A stretch of 22,802 nucleotides of DNA from positions 1 through 22,802 of the forward strand of contig JBEPZZ010000029.1 in the NCBI GenBank assembly GCA_041640575.1, read 5' to 3'. Below the pieces are notes generated by a model. That model saw only the letters and a list, made by a program, of their open reading frames with translations. It made no database searches and was not told the DNA's origin. The first letter of the stretch is position 1. Each line of letters starts with the position of its first letter. Shown here piece after piece: positions 17,492 through 22,802 of this stretch. Source of the DNA: Pseudothermotoga sp. GTDB lineage: Bacteria > Thermotogota > Thermotogae > Thermotogales > DSM-5069. The position numbers and the translations under genes were made by a program.

Positions 17492-18502
17492 ATGAAGAGG
17501 ATAGGAATTCTCTGTGTTGGTAACGATTGTCCTGGTTTGAATGCTGCCATTAGGGCTGCTGTTGTGAAAAGTGGCATGGAAAATTTGGAAGTAGTTGGAG
17601 TGAAAGATGGCTTTGAAGGATTTTTAAATGATAAGTTGGATGTTTTAACCAGAAACAGTGTTTCGGGAATTCTTCATAGAGGAGGAACCATTCTTGGAAC
17701 ATCACTCTTTGTCCCGGAGAAAGAAGAAGAGGTTCGAAAGATTGTCGAAAAGGTTAAACAGTATGCGATAACCTGTATATTGATTCTTGGCGGTAGGCTT
17801 GGCGCGAAAGCTGCGTTGAATCTTATGAAAGCTAATATTCCCTCAATTTTGATACCAGCAACTATAGATAACGATTTACCTTTTACAGACTTTTCGATTG
17901 GTTTCTTCACAGCTGTAAGTCATGTCACTGAAGCTTTGGACATGCTTCATTCGACAGCTGAGTCTCATCACAGAATTATGATAGTTGAAACGATGGGAAG
18001 GCCAAGTGGTTGGATAGCGACTGTTGGTGGACTTGCAGGAGGAGCTGATTACGTTATAACGAGTGCGGAAAGCTTTGATGCACAGGATCTTTTATCCAAA
18101 ATCAAAACTCGTTATGAGGGGCAGAAAAAATTCTCAATAGTTGTGGTTGAAGATGGCTTGAAGTTGGACCAGGAATTCTATAAGGAAGTGGGTGCAACAG
18201 AAGAGACACCACCTGCAAAGGTCATAGGTATGTACATTCAGAAAATGCTCAAAAATATACCCATTCAATGGCGATACACAAACCTTGGATATTTGCAAAG
18301 AGGGGGAAGCCCTGTCAGCATGGATAGAATTATTGCAACACAAATGGCCACACGTGCGATAGAAATGGTCAAATCTGCTAGAGTTTACCATGCAGTGGGT
18401 ATGAAAGGTTTTACAGTAACTGAGGTTCCCTATTCCGAAAGTATGTTGAACTTAAAAATTGTAGATGAATATTTGAGAAGCCTTGCAAAGTTGTTTTATT
18501 GA
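17492..18502 (+). CDS. PfkA-family 6-phosphofructokinase homolog with atypical donor-binding motifs
   Basis: DCPGLNAAIRA, GGTILGTS, PATIDND, STAESHHR, MGR and LGYLQRGG give the PFK fold, but GGDG is replaced by GGRL. Confidence 0.85.
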   Translation: MKRIGILCVGNDCPGLNAAIRAAVVKSGMENLEVVGVKDGFEGFLNDKLDVLTRNSVSGILHRGGTILGTSLFVPEKEEEVRKIVEKVKQYAITCILILGGRLGAKAALNLMKANIPSILIPATIDNDLPFTDFSIGFFTAVSHVTEALDMLHSTAESHHRIMIVETMGRPSGWIATVGGLAGGADYVITSAESFDAQDLLSKIKTRYEGQKKFSIVVVEDGLKLDQEFYKEVGATEETPPAKVIGMYIQKMLKNIPIQWRYTNLGYLQRGGSPVSMDRIIATQMATRAIEMVKSARVYHAVGMKGFTVTEVPYSESMLNLKIVDEYLRSLAKLFY

Positions 18503-18511
18503 GGGATAATC

Positions 18512-19156
18512 ATGAAATTGACGGAGATCCTTGGACCTGTAATGACAGGACCGTCGAGTTCGCACACTCTCGGAGCAATGCGGATTGCTAAATTTGTCAA
18601 CAAATTGTTGGGATGCGTACCCAAGAAAGTGGAATTTGTGCTTCATGGTTCTTTTGCAGAAACTGGCTTTGGGCATGGTACAAATAAAGCTTTAATTGCG
18701 GGCATCTTAGGTATGAGTTATGATGATGAAAGAATTCGTGATTCTTTGCAAGTAGCTAGGCAAATGGGTATTGAATGGAAATTTTTCAGAAAGGACCTAG
18801 GAAACGTTCATCCGAACACTGTGCTTATAAAAGTTTTGGATAACGCTCATGAAGTTGAAGGTTGTTCAGTTGGAGGAGGAGTAATAAGAATTACCAAAAT
18901 TAACGAGGCCACATGCGATATTTCTTGGGAATACGATACTTTGGTGATCCTAAATAAGGACGAACCGGGGGCTTTGTCGAAAATAACTGGTTGCATAAAA
19001 GCAAACATAGCAAACTTATATCTTAGAAGAGTGAATTTTCTGCAAGCACGTGCCTTAACGATAATTGAACTGGACAATCCAGTTGATGTTTCCGAATTGA
19101 GAAAACTCGATTGTGTTCTGGAAGTTTACTTTGTTCCTAAAGACGATTTATATTGA
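18512..19156 (+). CDS. sdaAB: L-serine dehydratase, iron-sulfur-dependent, beta subunit
   Basis: GPVMTGPSSSHTLGA, GSFAETGFGHGT, HPNT, SVGGG, and a C-terminal ACT-like region (DEPG). Confidence 0.93.
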   Translation: MKLTEILGPVMTGPSSSHTLGAMRIAKFVNKLLGCVPKKVEFVLHGSFAETGFGHGTNKALIAGILGMSYDDERIRDSLQVARQMGIEWKFFRKDLGNVHPNTVLIKVLDNAHEVEGCSVGGGVIRITKINEATCDISWEYDTLVILNKDEPGALSKITGCIKANIANLYLRRVNFLQARALTIIELDNPVDVSELRKLDCVLEVYFVPKDDLY

Positions 19157-19165
19157 ACTGGAGAG

Positions 19166-20071
19166 ATGAATTTGACTTTTGGTAAACTGATAGAACTTTG
19201 TAAAAAAAGTTTGCAGCCTTTTCATGAAGTTGTTTTGATAAATCAGATGATTGAAGAAGGTATAGACCCCGAGGAAACCAGAAAAAAGCTGGAAAGACTT
19301 GTTTTGGCAGCTTTAGAACTGACCAGAAAAAACTATGGAAAATCAATTCAAAGTCTGACGGGTCTTGTTAAGAACAACGCATATCTTTTTTCAAATTACA
19401 AACCTTTGATGATGGGACAATTCAATTATGTAGCAACGTTAGCGGCACTTTCACTGGCTGAAACAAATGCGTCAATGGGCAAGATAGTGGCTTGTCCAAC
19501 AGCTGGTTCGTGCGGGGTGGTTCCCGCTGTTTTGTTTGCCTTGAGGGAAATTTTTGCAGCCGATATTTTTGATTTGACGAATGCCTTCATAGTTGCTGGC
19601 GAAATAGGAAATCGAATTGCTTCCGTGGTCTCGATTTCTGGTGCTGCTGCTGGTTGTCAGGCTGAGATAGGAACAGCCACGGCAATGGCAGGTGCTGCAC
19701 TTACGTATTATTTCACTAAAGATCCAGACAAAGTATCACACGCTGCAGCTTTGGCCTTGAAGTCATTGATGGGATTGGTTTGCGATCCTGTTGGAGGATT
19801 TGTCGAAGTTCCCTGTGTCAAGAGAAATGCTGTTGCCGTGAATATAGCCATTACAACCGCTGAGTTGGCAATTGCCGGTGTAGAAAGTATGATACCTTTT
19901 GATGAAGTTGTTGAGGCTATGGCAAAGGTTGGCCGAAGCTTGCCGGAAGAACTGCGTGAGACTGGACTTGGTGGAATTGCTGCAACTCATACAGCACGTC
20001 TTCTTGTTGAAAAGATAAGGAGGGATCAGTACGAGGAATTACCAGAATATGGAGATAACCAAACCGGTTGA
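19166..20071 (+). CDS. sdaAA: L-serine dehydratase, iron-sulfur-dependent, alpha subunit
   Basis: PTAGSCGVVP and the Fe-S Cys motifs GCQAE, GLVCDPV, VPCVKRN; LRETGLGG. Confidence 0.94.
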   Translation: MNLTFGKLIELCKKSLQPFHEVVLINQMIEEGIDPEETRKKLERLVLAALELTRKNYGKSIQSLTGLVKNNAYLFSNYKPLMMGQFNYVATLAALSLAETNASMGKIVACPTAGSCGVVPAVLFALREIFAADIFDLTNAFIVAGEIGNRIASVVSISGAAAGCQAEIGTATAMAGAALTYYFTKDPDKVSHAAALALKSLMGLVCDPVGGFVEVPCVKRNAVAVNIAITTAELAIAGVESMIPFDEVVEAMAKVGRSLPEELRETGLGGIAATHTARLLVEKIRRDQYEELPEYGDNQTG

Positions 20072-21044
20072 TTTGTGCGTTGGACTTGGACGGTTGAATC
20101 ACCTGGCCCTTGGTTGGGCAAGAAAACCTTTAGTTAGGTGCAACATCAAGGGGCATTTTCTGAGAAAAAAGAAGTGGAATTACTGGGCGGTTTACAATAA
20201 AGATTATGTCTTTTCAGCAACAATCGCAAATTTGGATTACGTTGGAATGTGCTTTTGGTATTTTATTGACATCAAGAATCAGAAACTATATGAGAATAGT
20301 TTGAGTGTACCATTTGGAGTCGGATGTAAAATGCCAGAGAGTCCCGAAGAGAGTGTTAATTTTGCTTCAAAAAATCTGAAGATTCAAATGATAAAGAAAG
20401 GACAAATGACAGAGCTTTTGCTTGAAGATCTGCATAGCAGCATAAATGCTAGGTTCGAAATCTTTCATCATGATTTTGAATCATTGAACGTTGTAGTACC
20501 GTGGGATTGGAACAGATTTCAATTTACCAGTAAACACTTTTCCCTTTCTGCAAGAGGAGAAGTAACTTTAAACGGTAAAAACATCTTATTTAACGAATCT
20601 GACACCTTTGCGACTTTTGATTTTGGTCGAGGGGTTTGGAAATATAAGACCTCTTGGAACTGGGCAAGTTCTGCCGCTCGTTTGGAGGATGGAACCTTGG
20701 TTGGAATAAATCTTGGAGGAAAGTGGACTGACAAGACAGGAGTGAATGAAAACGCTCTATTGGTGAATGGAAAACTCACGAAACTTGAGAGTGATGTTGT
20801 TTTTGTTTATGATTCTGAAGATTTGATGAAACCATGGAGCATTTATTCAACAAGTTCAGATGAGGTTCATCTTGAGTTCACACCTGTATTTGTGAGAAAC
20901 TCGAAAATCAATTTGCTATTTTTCTCTTCTAAAGTCCACCAGCTTTTTGGCTTTTTCAAGGGATTTGTGAGAGATGAAAACCGTAAAGTTTTTGTATTAA
21001 CTGACTCATTTGGCTGGGCTGAGCAGCATGAGGCGCGCTGGTAA
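20049..21044 (+). CDS. DUF2804-like protein of unknown function
   Basis: Trp-rich motifs GWARKP, KKWNYW, DFGRGVW, WNWAS, INLG, ENAL, GWAEQHEARW, recognised from memory of the family. Overlaps the sdaAA end. Confidence 0.7.
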   Translation: MEITKPVDLCVGLGRLNHLALGWARKPLVRCNIKGHFLRKKKWNYWAVYNKDYVFSATIANLDYVGMCFWYFIDIKNQKLYENSLSVPFGVGCKMPESPEESVNFASKNLKIQMIKKGQMTELLLEDLHSSINARFEIFHHDFESLNVVVPWDWNRFQFTSKHFSLSARGEVTLNGKNILFNESDTFATFDFGRGVWKYKTSWNWASSAARLEDGTLVGINLGGKWTDKTGVNENALLVNGKLTKLESDVVFVYDSEDLMKPWSIYSTSSDEVHLEFTPVFVRNSKINLLFFSSKVHQLFGFFKGFVRDENRKVFVLTDSFGWAEQHEARW

Positions 21045-22073
21045 TTACTTGGTTGCTTTTTCAACCAGTTCTGCAAACACTTTAGCAACATAACTAATCT
21101 GTTCTCTTGTCACGTCTTTGTGAGTTACAAATCTGTAGACAAAATCTTCTGGAGGATTTATTTTTATACCCTTTTTAAGCATCTCTTTCACAAAAATCTC
21201 TGGTGGAATCAGATTAAAGTGGAAAAATACCATGTTTATGTCTAAACAATCTTCAAAAACACTTACATGGGGTATCTCTCCCAACAATTTTGCAAGGTAT
21301 TTTGCATTCCTATGATCTTCAACCAATCTTTCAATCATTTCAGTCAGAGCTATAATACCTGCAGCTGCTAGGATTCCAACTTGCCTCATGGCACCTCCCA
21401 TCAGTTTTCTTCCCCTCTTTGCTTTCTCTATGAATTCCTTACTAGCTGCGAGTATTGAACCGACTGGTGCACAAAGACCTTTTGACAAACAAAACATCAC
21501 TGATTCGGCTGTGCTGGCGATTTTCTTGACATCGGTATTCAAAGCAGTTGCCGCATTGAAAATTCGCGCACCATCCAGATGAACCGGTATACCCTTTTGT
21601 GCAGCAGCGTCATGAACCTGTTCCAAGTATTCTACTGGAATCACCTTTCCACTCGAATGGGCATTTTCCATGCATATCAGACCGGTTCTTGGTTTGTGAA
21701 TATCTGAGTGATCTCTTATAGCAGATCTAATTTTTTCTACTGGAGGCATACCGTATGGATGGTCTAGAATATAAAGTTGGACACTTGATATCACGGCTGG
21801 GGCGCCGCATTCATGAACAACAATGTGATTTGACGATGGTACAATGACTTCATCACCGCGTTGGGTGTGGGTGAAAATTGCAAGCTGGTTTCCAAAAGTG
21901 CCTGAAGGTACAAACAAAGCTGCTTCTTTGCCAACTTTCTCAGCTGCAAGTTCTTGCAATCTGTTTACAGTTGGATCGTCGTCATAAACATCATCGCCGA
22001 CTTCTGCTTCAAACATTGCTTTTCTCATCTTTGATGTAGGTGTTGTGACTGTGTCACTTCTAAGATCTATCAT
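21045..22073 (-). CDS. ltaE: Low-specificity L-threonine aldolase
   Basis: [37 protein letters not shown]-Lys CLSKGL, GGAMRQ. RBS GGAGGTG on the minus strand at 22079-22085. Confidence 0.93.
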   Translation of the reverse strand: MIDLRSDTVTTPTSKMRKAMFEAEVGDDVYDDDPTVNRLQELAAEKVGKEAALFVPSGTFGNQLAIFTHTQRGDEVIVPSSNHIVVHECGAPAVISSVQLYILDHPYGMPPVEKIRSAIRDHSDIHKPRTGLICMENAHSSGKVIPVEYLEQVHDAAAQKGIPVHLDGARIFNAATALNTDVKKIASTAESVMFCLSKGLCAPVGSILAASKEFIEKAKRGRKLMGGAMRQVGILAAAGIIALTEMIERLVEDHRNAKYLAKLLGEIPHVSVFEDCLDINMVFFHFNLIPPEIFVKEMLKKGIKINPPEDFVYRFVTHKDVTREQISYVAKVFAELVEKATK

Positions 22074-22202
22074 AGTTTCACCTCCGATTCACTGAAGATT
22101 TTACAGGAATCTGGCTGGCAATCTGGTTTCTTTATTGTTTGGTGCATTTGTTAAGTTGAGTCTGAAACTTGTAGTTATTCAGGAAGAAGATATTAGATGA
22201 TT

Positions 22203-22329
22203 CATAAAATATCGCGTAATTTTAGGATTTCTTGTCTTAAAATGTCTTTCAGTCATAAAATTTTTCCTAAGATATCTATTTTAAAAAGTCCTTGAGGCTG
22301 GCAAGAATCCTAAACACGCTATTTTCATG
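22203..22329. repeat. Long imperfect inverted repeat in the ltaE-rrn intergenic region
   Basis: CATAAAATATCGCGTAATTTTAGGATTTCTTGTC (22203-22236) aligns, with small gaps, to the reverse complement of 22300-22329 (CATGAAAATAGCGTGTTTAGGATTCTTGCC). Confidence 0.55.
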
Positions 22330-22474
22330 TGTTTTTGAATATTCAGAAGGTTCATTAATATATTTAGGACAACAGTGATTCGTGTAGTGAAAGATCTGAT
22401 TCAATGAAGTACCAGGAAAGTGGTAAGCGAAGTCTTGATCTCTAGAATTTCCATTTTGTTTACATTTTCGTAAC

Positions 22475-22503
22475 TTGACACCTCTTATTGACAGTGGTAC
22501 TAT
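22475..22503 (+). promoter_or_regulatory. rRNA operon sigma70-type promoter
   Basis: TTGACA (22475-22480), 17-bp spacer, TACTAT (22498-22503) preceded by TGG (extended -10); T-rich upstream element. Confidence 0.8.
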
Positions 22504-22607
22504 GATACACGGTCGTGTGTGATAAAGACGGTGCAAAGAAGTAGGGTCTAAGAAAGTAAAGATACAGGAAAAGAGTCTAACGAGGACTCAGTAATTTTTT
22601 GTCCCCT

Positions 22608-22629
22608 GGGTCATTGAAAAGTGGATAGC
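22608..22629 (+). promoter_or_regulatory. rRNA leader boxA-like / processing-stalk element
   Basis: GGGTCATTGAAAAGTGGATAGC resembles the rrn leader motif (TCTTTGAAAAC type). It lies between the promoter and 16S, preceded by a small GAGTC/GACTC hairpin at 22573-22589. Confidence 0.5.
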
Positions 22630-22678
22630 AGTCCCGCCAAATATGGAAATAATGTCAGGATCTTAAAATCCTTCATTT

Positions 22679-22802
<124 letters not shown>

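Noticed and set aside
26..21582. Many 60-140 aa antisense or alternate-frame ORFs nested in the main genes
   Set aside because: Shadow ORFs of well-supported CDSs, with no recognisable motifs.
22276..22536. 86-aa minus-strand ORF from the track
   Set aside because: It runs antisense across the rRNA promoter, with no recognisable motifs and no clear RBS.

Overview
Chromosomal window from a Thermotogota bacterium, inferred from the 16S 5' end AGGGTTTGATCCTGGCTCAGGGTGAACG and GGAGGTG-type RBSs (genus not resolvable by eye). Gene order: end of the glycine cleavage operon (gcvT'-gcvH-gcvPA-gcvPB); a tightly coupled operon with two HAD phosphatases, a BMP-family nucleoside-type ABC importer and an ADP-ribosylglycohydrolase-family gene; an unannotated 28-aa Lys-rich ORF; a convergent PPi-dependent phosphofructokinase; a long + strand run (dapH, class III aminotransferase, N-acetyl-DAP deacetylase, K+-dependent membrane pyrophosphatase, atypical PFK, sdaAB, sdaAA, DUF2804-like); convergent threonine aldolase; and an rRNA promoter/leader with the start of 16S rRNA. 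No transposase, prophage or CRISPR array was seen. Best leads: (1) a candidate lysine-sensing leader-peptide attenuator upstream of dapH, with clustered Lys codons and mutually exclusive protector, antiterminator and terminator helices; (2) a PFK homolog with a remodelled phosphoryl-donor site but an intact sugar-phosphate site, coupled to the membrane PPase; (3) the ARH + nucleoside ABC + HAD operon of unknown substrate; (4) the small Lys-rich peptide. All calls come from manual motif recognition, with no database searches.
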